A DNA stretch of 64,000 nucleotides from Mytilus californianus (taxonomy: Eukaryota), in NCBI RefSeq assembly GCF_021869535.1, contig NW_026262723.1:73222001-73286000 (forward strand), read 5' to 3'. Positions 26,401 through 39,524 of this stretch are shown here, one piece after another (position 1 is the stretch's first letter; every line of letters begins with the position of its first letter). Both the position numbers and the translations under genes were made by a program. The notes beneath the pieces were generated by a model. It was not told where the DNA came from. It saw nothing but the letters and a program-made list of their open reading frames with translations, and made no database searches.

Positions 26401-29400
26401 GAGGACCTCAAATTGAAGTCTAAAATAAGAAAATTTATTAAAGTGTGATTAAGAGTTTTCAAGAAAGAAATCATGGCATGATTCGATTCATTATCAAGTT
26501 ATTTTACCTATTTAGATATATCTAACTTCCAGGTAACACATGTTGTATCTCAGAACTGTGATGGTTTACATATGAGAAGTGGTCTTAACAGAAGAAAATT
26601 ATCAGAAATCCATGGAAATATGTACATAGAGGTATGTAAACACGATCGCATTTGGAATCACTAATTTTGCATTGCCCATTTATTCTTTCATCTGTCCTCA
26701 AAATACAGCTGCTGGTGATATCTTGTTGAACTGTTTGACTATTTACTCAGATGAGTACACTATGTTACAAATGGTAATTTTCATCCCTCTGCAATGGAAA
26801 TGTAAATTCTATAGAAAATTGAATTGTAAGTGCTCTCAAGCCTAAATTTCTTGTTTGGTTTTGAATTGAAAATGAAGTTTATCAGCAATGCCTTGGGCAG
26901 TGCCGATCATTCATTTCAACATTTCAATATGTCCCGTTGAAATGTAAGTTCTAGTGAAAATTGCATTGTAAGTGCATTCAAGCCTACATTTCTTGTCAGG
27001 TTTTTGTGAAATTTATATCAAAGGTGTATATCAGCAGGACTTTAGACTGGTTCAATAATCAGTGCAGATCAACTATTTTTACAGGACGTATGCCCCTTGG
27101 AAAAAGAAATTCTCTGGAAAATTGCATTGTCAGCGATTTCACACCTTCATTTCCTGTAGGATATTTTTGAAAAAGTAAAGAACCAAAAAAAATGTATTTA
27201 ATACTGTAAATTCAGAAATTAATGCAAGGTTTTTATTAATGCGAATAATGTGACAAGGTGATTATCGCATTAATAAGACCTCGCATTCTGATATCTCAAT
27301 AATTTCTGAATTTACAGTACTTTTATCCCTCTCCATGAGTGGGGCTAGATTGTATCCACCTTGTCCATCCGTCTGTCCATTCTTCCATCAAATATTTCTG
27401 TCACACCTTTTTCTGATACTACTTTTACCTGTGAGTACATTTAAGAACTTTTGAAAACTTTCTTCCTGTTTGCTGATACTTTAAAATTTTCAATATATTG
27501 AATGAACTTTAAAAAATTTGACATATTTCTCCAGTACAGGAGTTGTAAAATGTGAGCACGTTTTCAACTTGCACATTACATATCTGCCTTGGCTTGTCGG
27601 TCAAGTACAAAGCAGGATTTATTTTCATATCACATTTTCATGTTTACTTCCTCAATATGCATTTAATTTTCTTTTAAACTTTAAAACAGCCATCATCATC
27701 ATCTCAATAATGTTAAGCAAACAAAAAACAATCAATCTATATTACTAAACTTATTTAATGATTCTACTTACTGTCTTTCTCAGATTTGTTACAGTTGCAG
27801 GCCACATCAAGAGTACATCCGACTATTTGATGTGACTGAGAAGACAGGAGTGAGACGTCACCAGACAGACAGGAATTGTCACACCTGTAAACAGCCACTT
27901 AAGGATACTATAGTACACTTTGGGGAGAAGGGAGGGATGAAATGTCCATACAGGTGGAAAGAGGCTGCTAAAGCTGCTGATAGATGTGATATTATCCTGT
28001 GTCTAGGATCTAGTCTCAAGGTTGGTTCTTATATTATCCTATGTATAGGATCTAGTGTCAAGGTTGGTTCTGATATAATCCTGTGTCTAGGATCTAGTCT
28101 AAAGGTTGGTTCTAATATAATCCTGTGTCTAGGATCTAGTCTCAAGGTTGGTTCTGATATAAACCTGTGTCTGGGATCTAGTCTCAAGGTTGGTTCTGAT
28201 ATTTTCCTGTGTCTAGGATCTAGTCTCAAGGTTGGTTCTGATATAATCTTGTGTCTAGGATCTACTCTCGAGGTTGGTTCTGATATGAACCTGTGTCTAG
28301 GATCTAGTCTCAAGGATGTTTCTGATATTATCCTATGTCTAGGATCTAGTCTCAAGGTTGGTTCTGATATTTTCCTGTGTCTAGGTTCTAGTCTCAAGGT
28401 TGGTTCTGATATTATCCTATGTCTAGGATCTAGTCTCAAGGTTGGTTATGATATAATTCTGTGTCTAGGATATAGTCTCGATGTTGGTTATGATATAATT
28501 CTGTGTCTAGGATCTAGTCTCAAGATTGGTTCTGATATAATCCTGTGTCTAGGATCTAGTCTCATGGTTGGTTCTGATATAATCCTATGTCTAGGATCTA
28601 GTCTACAGGTTGGTTCTGGTATCATCCTATGTCTAGGATCTAGTCTCAAGGTTGGTTCTGATATAATCCTGTGTGTAGGATCTAGTGTCAAGGTTGATTC
28701 TGATATAATCCTGTGTCTAGGATCTAATCTCCTGGTTGGTTCTGATAAAATCCTGTGTCTAGGATCTAGTCCCAAGGTTGGTTCTTATATAATCCTGTGT
28801 CTAGGATCTAGTCTCAAGGTTGATTCTGATATAATCTTGTGTCTAGGATCTAGTCTGATGGTTGTTTCTGATATGATTCTGTTTCTAAGATAATATAAAA
28901 GTTAAAAAATTTGAAAGATTGCCAATTAGACAACTCTACATCAGACACCAAATGACAGAGAAGTAAGCAACTATAGGTAGCCGTACAGCCTTTAACAATG
29001 AACAAAACCCATGTCCTGTGTCTAGGATCTTGGCTTATAGTTGGTTCTGATAATACTGATAACACTGTCTCAAGAACATTATTGTTATTTGTAGTTTTGA
29101 TGTTCATATTATCCCCTTTATTGAATTCTTAATAGGCTATATTTTCTGTTATATAGATACTGAAAAAATACTCATGTTTATGGTGTATGGACAGAAAAAT
29201 GAAGAATAGGCCACAATTGTATATAGTTAACTTACAGTGGACACCGAGAGATGATGCCGCTACTATGAAAATCAATGGTAAATTTAAACATATGATGGTC
29301 TTGGGTGCGTGTGAGAAGGAGAGGTCAGATGCCCATGATACAAGATCACATGAAACAACAAGAAGTTCTAAAACTTTCTGTAAAATCAGACCAATAAAAA

Positions 29401-32400
29401 ACAGTATTATATAATTTGGTTTCAATATTAGAAATATTATACTATAGGTTATGAGCTAAGGATATATTCTAACATGACGTTCTTCAAACACTTTGAGTAC
29501 ACACCTGTGGTAAAATATGAATATATTGTTTGGGCTGTTCCGATCGTACTCCCGCATCATATGCTTTTTTATGAATGAGCTACCTGACGTCATAGAACGA
29601 TGACATAAGAATATAAGCATTTTTACGGGAAAATACACGCTTATGAAACCGAAAATCATCACAACAAGGAAACGTAAACAAACGATGCTAAAATGTGTTA
29701 TATAAGACATATAAAAACAATTATCATGTAGATTCATCAAAATCTATCTAAATATGTCATTGTAAATAGTTTATGCATGCCATTTATTCAGTTTGCTCCG
29801 TTCTTTTACGTCAATTTAATAGTGCGTTTATTTATGGGAACGGCAAATAATGCCTTCACCTAGAGCGCTTCAATCCAAAAGAATTGCTGTATTTGTCCTA
29901 TTAGAATCGAAATAATTCATGGGGGCTTGAATATATCGTGATTTTACCACGGGTTGTCCCTTTATGCCGATATTTTACCCCTCGCTATCGCTCAGGGTAA
30001 AATATTTGTCATAAAGGGCCAACCCGTAGTAAAATCACGATATATTCAAGCCCCCATGAATTATTTCTTAATTTTTATATAGAAGACTCATCAGTAAGTT
30101 TTGTCATGAACATGCATGAAATATTTGCCACTGGATATTAAGCAACCAACAATCAATCAATTATCAGTCTGTCAAGGATTCTGTTGTCATACGTTTTAAC
30201 CAGTATAACACTTATATTTCTCAACTTATTTATTATTTCGACCATTCATCCAGTAAGTTCATCATAACTTTCTTGTCAGTTACAAAAACATTTTAATTGT
30301 CTTGCCTTAACAGAGTCAAAAAGTGGTTCATAGGTATTCTGTTTCCAGCGCCGGCGGCAGCATTGTCAACAATGTATTAGTTTTTGATTAGGTCAGTTTA
30401 TGGGGAACCACTAGTAATAGGTCAATGATATTTGGTATGCAGTTGTATCAGCACTGGCACATCTAATTTCCATAGAGATTTTTTGGCCCTGCCAACTTAG
30501 TCATGGTCTATTGACTTTGAAACTTTTGCTTAATTTACATGTATTAGTTTGTGATTAGGTCAGTTTATGGGGAACCACTAGTGGCAGGTCAATGATATTT
30601 GGTATGCGTATGTAATAGCATTGGCACATCTCATTTCCATGGAGATTGTTTGGCCCTGTACCTTCAGTCATGGTCTTTTGACTGAATATTTTGCATAACT
30701 TACTTGTTAAAGTATTGCTATTTTGATTTCAACATTTGCATTGTACTTTCAAAATAAGTCAAAGGTGAGACATATCTCTGTGTCAACAGTTTATTTTACA
30801 TTTGAGTTCTTTTGAATTTGAATTAAAGATATTTATTATCAATGCCTGTTTTAAAATCCATTATCATAAAATCCTCCCCATTTTGTATTGCCTTGACGGA
30901 GTCCAAAAGCGAGACATAGGTATGCTGTTTCAGGTGTAGGAGGTGGCGGCGTCAACAATATATTAGTTTGTGATTAGGTCTAGTTTATGGTGAACCACTA
31001 GTGGTAGGTCAATGATATTTGGGATGCAGTTGTATTAGCATTGGCACATCTCATTACCATGGAGAATATTTGGCCCAGCCCCCTCAGTCATGGTCTATTG
31101 ACTTTGAAACTTTGCTTAATTTACATGTATTAGTTGGTGATCAGGTCAGCTTATTGGGAACCACTAGTGGTATGCAGTTGTTTAAGCATTGGCATATCTC
31201 ATTTCCATGCAGATTATTTGGCCCCGTCCCCTCAGTCATGGTCTATTGGCTTTGAAACTTATGCTTAGTTTTCATGTATTAGTTTTTGATTAGGTCAGTT
31301 TAGGGGGAACCATAAGTGGTAGGTCAATGATAATTGGTATGCAGTTGTATAAGAATTAGCACATCTCATTTTTATGGAGAATATTTGATCCTAACCCCTC
31401 AGTGATTGTCTATTGACTTTGAAACTTTTGCTTAGTTTACATGTATTAGTTTGTGATTAGGTCAGTTTAAGATGAACCACTAATGTTAAGTCAATGATAT
31501 TTGGTATGCGAATGTATTGGCATTTGCAAGTTTCATTTCCATGGAGATTATATAACCCCACCTCCTCATTATAGTTCATTGACTTTGAAACTTTTACTTA
31601 GTTTACAAGTTAATGTTTGTGTTTAGGTTTGTTTAAAGGGAACAACTTATGAAAAGTCAATGGTATTTGGTATGCAGTTGTATTAGCATTGGCACATCTC
31701 ATTTCCATGGAAATTGTTTAGCCCTGTACCTTCAGTTATGGTTCATTGACTTTGAATACTTGCATAACTTACATGTTAAAGTATTGCTATTTTAATTTTA
31801 ACATTTGCATTTTCAAAATAACAAGTAGGCGAGACAATCTCTGTGTTTACAGTTTATTAGATAGGGAATTGTAAATAAATTGCTTTCATAAAAATATGTG
31901 CTATACTTGTCACCTGGATAGCATCTTTATTTTTTTTCAGAATATCATAACGTTTTCATGTAATGAATAATATTAAGATCTTGAATGTATAGAATCGTCA
32001 GACAGGGAATGTCTCTTTCTAGAGGGAATTTGAAGAATGAATACTTTGTTAATGTTTGTACAATGGTCTTCTGACATGGATGCCACTTACTTTCTATTCC
32101 AGTTAACTTTAAAATTCAGTAGAAAAATTTAGTATTTGATATTCAAACCTTGCATAGGTTTGATTGTCAGGAAATTTTACAGTTGCAAACTGCCTTTTAC
32201 TTTGTTTCACTTTGGAAAGTTTTTTTGTTATTTGGAACAATTCAAAAAACAAATTATAGAAAATTTGATAGTACTTTTCATGCTAAACCATAATTTTGAA
32301 ATAGATTTGTACATACTGTACTGTATATAATCTTTTCACCTATTTTGTCCATGTTTTTATTACAGGTCGATGCGATGATGTAATGAGACGAGTGATGAGA

Positions 32401-35400
32401 CATCTTGGTTACTCTATACCTGAGTATTTTGAGTATGTATTGTATATCAATTATCATACCCCCAAAAAGTCTTATATAAATACAATGTAGCTTTGATTTC
32501 TTGTCCCGGTTTGTCTATACTTTTGGTCCTTTTTTGTTGTATCAGCTCTACAATGTTTGTATAAGGTGTTAGGTTTTCAAATATGTTTGCCTGGAGCATC
32601 ACTGAAGAGACATTAATAGTTATTATGCATATCTGGTGCAGTACAAATTGGTACCGTTAATCAGTAAATGTTAGCAGATCATATAAAATTTCTATGGTTA
32701 TTCATTTTGTTAAACCTTTATTTAGAGCAATGTACAAATTAGACTTTAATGATCGAATGATTCATTCACTCACAATATACTGAAAGTACTTCTATTTGTG
32801 GGATACCAAAAGTGTCCAATGAACTATAACAACTGTTGTCCAAATCAAGATATGGAAAGATCCCTATGTAGGTTTGACTACATGAATATGGGCATATAAT
32901 CTAGAGAATACATTGAATATCAGCCAGTGCACGAAAATTGATTCCCATGTATAAAAGTAATTTCACAGTAATATAATCAATAAAGGCCATTATTTGTTGT
33001 CAACCAGTAAATGTTAAGTTTTTGTAGTCCCATTGTACTTTCCATTGAAAATGTAATTATACACAGGTGAAACAAAACATATATAATTAATTTACTTACC
33101 AGAAAAAAAGTGATGAAATCTGTGTAATTTATGACTGAATATTTATGAAATCCAGCCAAACACAATAGATAAAAGGATCTGGAGAATATGTCAATAAAAC
33201 AGCAACCAAACAATACTAAAAGCAAAAGGACATCTCATGTATTCTATTTTATTAAAGTGAAATATTTTCAATTTACACTTGTTTGTACTGATGTTTGTCA
33301 GTATCAGTCTTGTTCAGCCATTTTATCTATCATTGTTAAAGCTTCGTGTTGATCAAATTTACACTTTGATATTGAGGTGTATATCTATCAGTTATTGCAT
33401 ATGTTCATGATATGATCTTTAATCTAGATTTCTTTGAAAGCTACAATATGTATTTCAGCAAAAACTGTAATAGATATGTTGGGAAATATCTTCACAATCA
33501 ACGATAATTGATAACCAAAAATCCCAAGTGATTTAAATACATTGTACTAAATTAACCCCTTTTAGTCGTTATTGTCCTTAAATAACAAATTTTAGCATTT
33601 TTGCCTATTATCTTGAAAACTTTAATAGATAGACAGAGACTGTAAAGAGCAAAAATAGATCTAAAGAAATCTAAAAATGATTGAAACCATTTATTGACTC
33701 CTTTACAGTGATGTAGGAGTTGACTAGTAAGTGTGGGGCATACTTCTGAAGAATAAAAAGCTTCATAGTCTTACTTAGTCAGTGTCCTCTATAATTTTCA
33801 ATTTTTGTGTACAAAAAAAATTTGCCAAAAAATGGTGGGGGGGGGGGGGGGGGCAATTTTGCCCCCTTGCCCCCGGCTCCTACACTATTGCTGTAGAAAT
33901 TTTTGGCTTTTATTTTGAAATCTATTATATATAGACAGAAACTTTGCGCAGCAACAATTCTCAGCTATTTAAGATCTCTATAAATTTATAGAAAATTGTT
34001 GATTTTTTTCTGCTTTTTATGTTAATCAAAATGACATATTTAACAAATGAGGTGATGAGTCTCCTTGGAGCATTAAGGTTGAAGATTAACATCAAATATA
34101 CATAGTTGCTCATAGTGAAATTCATTCTTATAAATCTTAAATTTCTTGTAGGGAAGAAGATCCATTATTTTCTTTAGCAACATCACTTCACGAAGAAGAA
34201 AACGACACTACTAGTAAAAAGATTCTGCTAAAACCAGACATAGAAGAAATAACTAGACATAGAAATTCACAGAATGAAATTCGTAGAAATTCAACAGAAT
34301 CTGAAAGGAATAAAACTTTAGCAAGATTAAGTAACACAGATTTGACTGGTTTAAAAACACTTCCTTCAAGTTCTGTTGCAGGAAGTTCAACAAATTATTC
34401 CATGGGAATAAATACTCAGGAAAAAATAAATACAGAATTAACTGTTGTAAAATCAGAGAAGATTAATGATCAAAATCATTTTATTCATAACCCTTTAGAA
34501 CATCCATTAATTCATCATAACCATGCACTTAAATCAGCGTTGGAAAAAAATCATACTGAGAATTTCTACCGCTATAACGGAATATGGGCAAAATCACCAT
34601 TAATTCCTTACAATCCATATTCTTTACCTCCATATCTACCTGGTGTGCCAAACGGTAGACAACAAATAAAGTTTGGTGAAGTTGCATTTCAGAAGTATGT
34701 TGATCAAGGTGATAATCAAAGGAAAGAGGTTAAAGTTGAACCAAATCTAGATTTATCTACATTTGGTGGAAAGAAACCTAAGCTGGAAAATAACCGTGCC
34801 AAAAATAATGAAGTAAACAAAAATTGTACTAATTCTCATGGCAAAATGAGATTACCGGAAGACATGCAAAAGTTAGAATCTAGAAGCAAAATGGCAATGG
34901 TCCCAAGTAAAGAAAAGTGTGCTGTGAGTCCCAGAAAATCAAAAACAAATTCAATCCGTAATAGTGGAAAATGTAGTCCAGATAGAATAGGTGATACAAA
35001 AATAGGACACACAGATCCTATATCTAATTCTACATCTGTTACACAGAGTAGCAGAGGAAGGAGGGCTAGGAAATCATTCTGTCCAAACTGTCACGGTGTT
35101 AGTGGTGACTGTCCGTGTACCGTACTAGAATCTGTAAAGAAAAGGAAACCACCATCTTGTGGTAAATGTGAAAAACATCCATGTACTTGTCCAAAAACAA
35201 CAACTCTATCTATTTGTTTAATATGTAGAAATTCTCTAAATAAATGTGAATGTAAAACAAACATTTTGGAACATCCCTCCAAATGTACGGCATGCGGATT
35301 GTCAAAAACAGTGTGTAAATGTCAATGTAAAACAAACATTTTGGAACATCCCTCCAAATGTAGTGCATGTGGATTGTCAAAAACAACATGTAAGTGTCAG

Positions 35401-36399
35401 TCTTCCTTCAGTAAGCTTATACTGTGCCAGTTTTGTAGACACACTCCTGACAAATGTAAATGTGCTTTGAATGGCCAGACATTTCTGTTACTGTGCCCTG
35501 TTTGCCATCAGCATAAACATCTGTGCAAATGTGTGCTAAATCATACCTCTTCCTTTACTCAGGGTGCAAATGTGCCAAATTTTACAAACATGTCTAACTT
35601 ACCAATGGCACCTTTAATGCCATTTTTTGACTATGCAAAATTTGCATTTCCAATGAACAATATTTCATCGCTTTACATGCCACAAGTCTTTCAGAATAAT
35701 CTTATGAATGGTCTGCTGCCAAGCAATTATTTAAATGCTTTGTTACCAAGTAGCAATGTTAATCCTATGTTACCTAGCAATAGATTAACTGGTTTACAGC
35801 AGGATAAAGTTCTCAACGGAGCATATAGTGCTAGAAATGTCAATAGTTTGGTACCAGTTAATTATGTGACAAATGCATTGAAGGTAGAACCAATATTACA
35901 AGATCATTCATACTTAAATAAAGAACAGATGCAATCATTATCTCCTAACTGTGATAAACATTACCAAAGATCTCAAACTGAGAAACAGACAGTCGAAAGT
36001 GTAGCTACAAAAACGGGTTTAAAGACTGTAGAAAGAATACCTACAAGAACAGGTCTGATGACCGAAAGTATATCTACAAGAACAAGTCTGAAGAGATGTT
36101 ATAGTTATGTAGATGATATTCAAAAAGCAGAAGAGGACATTGTTTCAGAAACTTCTCCAAGAAAATGTAATGTTAATCATTCCAAGATCCAGAAAAAAGA
36201 GCCTGTAGCAATCAAAAGTACAGAATCATCCAATCCTATCGTTATAGATATTGAAGAAGAAACTGAGCAGTGTGAGAGTGAAAAAGTATGTCAAGGTGAT
36301 AACGAGAAAGAGGATCAAGAAAAACCTAAACTAATGAGGAGCATGTCCGTTCCAGGATGGTTTGGAAAAGGTCTCAATCTTCGAAAGAAGCGTAGATAG
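20465..36399 (+). CDS. SIRT7: NAD-dependent protein deacylase sirtuin-7, about 1101 aa; exons 20465-20611, 21859-21996, 23093-23197, 24244-24314, 25584-25656, 26533-26631, 27784-28020, 29157-29277, 32366-32432, 34152-36399
   Basis: Sirtuin motifs [10 protein letters not shown]|[41 protein letters not shown], zinc CxxC pairs, [16 protein letters not shown]|[15 protein letters not shown]|RCDDVM, DPLFSLA and the class-IV C-terminal PGWFGKG..RKKRR. All introns are GT-AG and phase-compatible; the CDS totals 3306 nt. Confidence 0.95.
23899..24099. mobile_element. TA-flanked MITE (Tc1/mariner-like ends) in SIRT7 intron 3
   Basis: TA|CTGTAAACCAACTTATTTTCGCG ... CGCAAAAATAAGTTGGTTTACAG|TA. Confidence 0.85.
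27204..27317. mobile_element. Short TA-flanked MITE in SIRT7 intron 6
   Basis: TA|CTGTAAATTCAGAAATTA ... TAATTTCTGAATTTACAG|TA. Confidence 0.85.
27988..28890 (+). repeat. 42-bp tandem array built from the SIRT7 exon 7/intron 7 junction (native unit, 20 full copies and one partial)
   Basis: Unit GTTGGTTCT GATATAATCCTGTGTCTAGGATCTAGTCTCAAG equals 9 nt of intron plus the last 33 nt of exon 7 ([14 protein letters not shown]). 28021-28860 is exactly 20 x 42 nt. Confidence 0.97.
29909..30067. mobile_element. Near-perfect foldback (palindromic) MITE in SIRT7 intron 8
   Basis: Arms of ~72 bp (gaaataattcatgggggcttgaatatatcgtgattttac...) flank a ~14-nt loop with few mismatches. Confidence 0.85.
30300..31860 (+). 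mobile_element. Two adjacent Helentron-type elements (~30300-30795 and ~30885-31860) with ~150-167-bp internal tandem units
   Basis: Both start ttgcctt.ac.gagtc.aaaag, carry a GGC microsatellite and repeated tgtattagtttgtgattaggtcag cores, and end aggtgagaca/aggcgagaca.tctctgtgt..acagttt. Confidence 0.75.
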
Positions 36400-37524
36400 T
36401 AATGAATGATATTTAATGTATTTTTATATACAAAATGTTTATATTCAAGTCATTCAGGGATTTTTGTAATAATTTATATGAATATGTTTTTTTGTTTAAT
36501 TGTATGGAAGTTTGGTTTGAATTGTATGGTTAATTTTCTTGTTAAAAAGAAGAAAATACTATAAGCCAATTAATTTTCATGTGTAGAAAAATTGTGCGTA
36601 TATAAATTGTCTTGGTACATCACCTAAATTTGAAAATAACGAAAAATAGATAACTAATAATCCAGCTAAAAAAGGCTAAATGCCAAAAAGTATCCATGAA
36701 AATTAGTTGGTTTTATATTAATAAGTTTATGGTTTTGATAAAACTGACATACTGCAGCGCAGAATTAATTGTATTGAATTATTAACTATGTAAATAACCA
36801 ACAGTACAGCCTACTGGGTAGGTTATGGTAACATACTATGTAGAATTTACCTGTTACTAACAGAATAATGTAGCATGCATGTTAGATGTTAATGATCCTA
36901 TTTTCTGGTGTCGATTTTTGCCTTCTCTTACAGTTGTTGCTGTGTTCAAGACATAGATGCCACTTTATCGAATGTTTTTGTATTTTTTGGCTGATAAATG
37001 ACAGTAATTTTGGTGTCAACTTTCACTATGTGTAAAAGGTTATCAGATTAGGTACAATTTAGATTTATTACCTTTGAAAGACTATTGGTACATGTTATAA
37101 AAGTAAATTAGTTTCATTTCAGTTGGAAGCATCAGATCAGGCCCATATTCATAGTCATGCTTCATTGACTTTAGAATTTCATTGTTCAAAAGTTTTTTTA
37201 TCAATTCATAATTTATGGTAGATTACTGATTAGAATACTGTTGCAGATGTTCCTTGCATCTCATCTGCAAGAAGTATATGCTCATTTTTTAGACATTTAC
37301 TAGTTTAATGTTTAATAATTCAAAAGCAAAAGATGAAAAAGGGAAGAATGCTGTGTAAGATTAGGGAATAAAAAATGAAAATCAATATAAATAAAAAATG
37401 TGGGTATTTTACAGTGAGACAGCAACGTGACATAACAAATGTCTATTAATACTTTCTAGTTAAGGTAAAATTTCTACAAACAATTCTTATTCTCATTGCA
37501 GATGGACTGTTAATGTTATAGTCC

Positions 37525-37624
37525 TGACTTGGTATGGGGACTGCAAAATGAAAGTGCCGAGCTGGATCAGGTTTTGACTTGGTATGGGGACTGCAAAATG
37601 AAAGTGCTGAGCTGGATCAGGTTT
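37525..37624. repeat. 50-bp direct duplication downstream of the SIRT7 stop
   Basis: tgacttggtatggggactgcaaaatgaaagtgc.gagctggatcaggttt at 37525 and 37575, one mismatch. Confidence 0.9.
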
Positions 37625-39524
37625 TACAGTGTGCCCAATCCTCCCAATTTTATATGACAGTCATTTCAATTTCTATTATGTATTTGTCCACATTTGGGCA
37701 TGGCTGTTTATTTGTACAGTTGAATTGATATGATTTATACATCTTGCACATCGAAACAGAAACATTAAGCAAGAGCAGCCGAGGTTCCAGTTCTGAGTAG
37801 GGTACCCCTCTTAGGTCACCAGGTCACATTTAAAAAATGTCTTGGGTCACCATGTCTCTTTCTAAGCTAACAAAACATTTATTATAAATAAAATGGTTTT
37901 GAACATTTTTAAAGGTCACAAGTCCTTTTAAATGAGACCTCATGTCGCAAGGTCTCAAGGTTGCAGGTTTGATTTGACCATTTTGGAGCCTCAGTAGCTG
38001 CAAAGAATTTGTGTGTCCAGAGAGCATGCAGGCATACTCCCACAAGTATTGTCCCCAGTCAGTTCAGATACGGCTTCTGTATTATACATTTTTATGCATA
38101 AGATATTGTAAGATACATGTGCAAATAGGTACATGTAGTACTGAGATTTATGTGTATGCAGAAAGATCACATTATAGAGGCAAATTTATTTTTAAAATAT
38201 ATATTCTTTTTTTAATTATAGTGACCCTGGAAATGTATGAGTGCTTGTATAGCTGATAGATAAATGATTGATCAGTACTTATGTATTATGGCGGAGTGTC
38301 ATTGCAAAAAATATACCTCATTACTTACTGAATGATCCATGACATAAGAAGTACTTAAGCCACAACCACTCTTGCACATCTGCATTTTATATGACACATA
38401 CTGTGAATTCAGAATTTAATTCGTTCATTTATTATCGCAAATCCTTCACCTCTGGACAAGATGAGATATCTAATTAATGCGATTGCAAAAAATTTATGAA
38501 GGACATCACTACTGAAATTATGAATGCTAGCTTTTATTATTGTGAACATGATACTGTCACATTTTTTGCATCAATAAAATATTGCACTAATTTCTGCTTT
38601 AGCAGTACAGGTAGTTTCTCAACAAATTTATGTTTTAAATATGTATTTATGCTGGATCGTATGGCTTTAACATATCTCAATTAGTATGGTGTTTACATAT
38701 TGAATGAAGTATGCATGTTCACACTATACTGACTTCTTTAATAGAGGTATGTTCCTTTGAACAAAACCTGCTCCAACAGAGTTGTAAGGAAGAACAACTG
38801 AAATCAACACCACATAAGTTTAAAGGTCATCATCACAAATTGGTTGATTGATATAATGTGTCTGTGTTTTCACAGTCTTAGATCTCGGGTGCAGATCCAG
38901 GATTTTAAAAAAGGAAGCCCCTAGTAAGCCAATGTTTGGAGTGATACTTGTAAAAAGTCTATGCATTTAACATATATGTAGCTCCATAAGGGGACCTGGC
39001 CCTGCCTCTGGATCTTAAGATACCTGTATAGTTTTCTGATCTATAATTTTCCTGATTGTGACATTATGACTTAGTGTGGATTCTCATGGCAGTGATGCAT
39101 ACATAGAAGAAGATTACCCGCTTTCCCTTTATTCTGAGTTTATACAACTCACTCAAATTTGTTTGTTACCTTGATTTTTATATTCTTAATCAATTAATGG
39201 TATTGGATCATTGGTAGACTGATCTTAACATTTAGATTCTGATGCCAAAAAGGTGGCATATATCAGTGTTAGCTGTAAACTATTTTTTATCATTTTTTAG
39301 GGACCAATAATATGTGGGAAGGTAAAAAAGTGCTTTAAATGGACACTCTCTATTTGAGTGAATGGTTGACCTAGATCTAAACTGGTGAGGTATTTAATAG
39401 TTTTGGATTGTAGGACTTGCATCCCCAATCATTTCAATGATGTTTGTGATCTACTTGAAGATTTGATCTGTGACAATTCTAGATAAAAACTTGCTGGCCA
39501 GAGTCTAGGGCAGCAATTTCTATG

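Noticed and set aside
28021-28860. 42-bp array as a CRISPR array
   Set aside because: The units are contiguous with no unique spacers, derive from the exon junction, and lie in a eukaryotic intron with no cas genes.
27832-28893. 353-aa ORF as a stand-alone repeat protein
   Set aside because: Its first part is SIRT7 exon 7 and the rest is read-through into the intronic 42-bp array; the starting Met is an alternative (GTG) start inside the exon.
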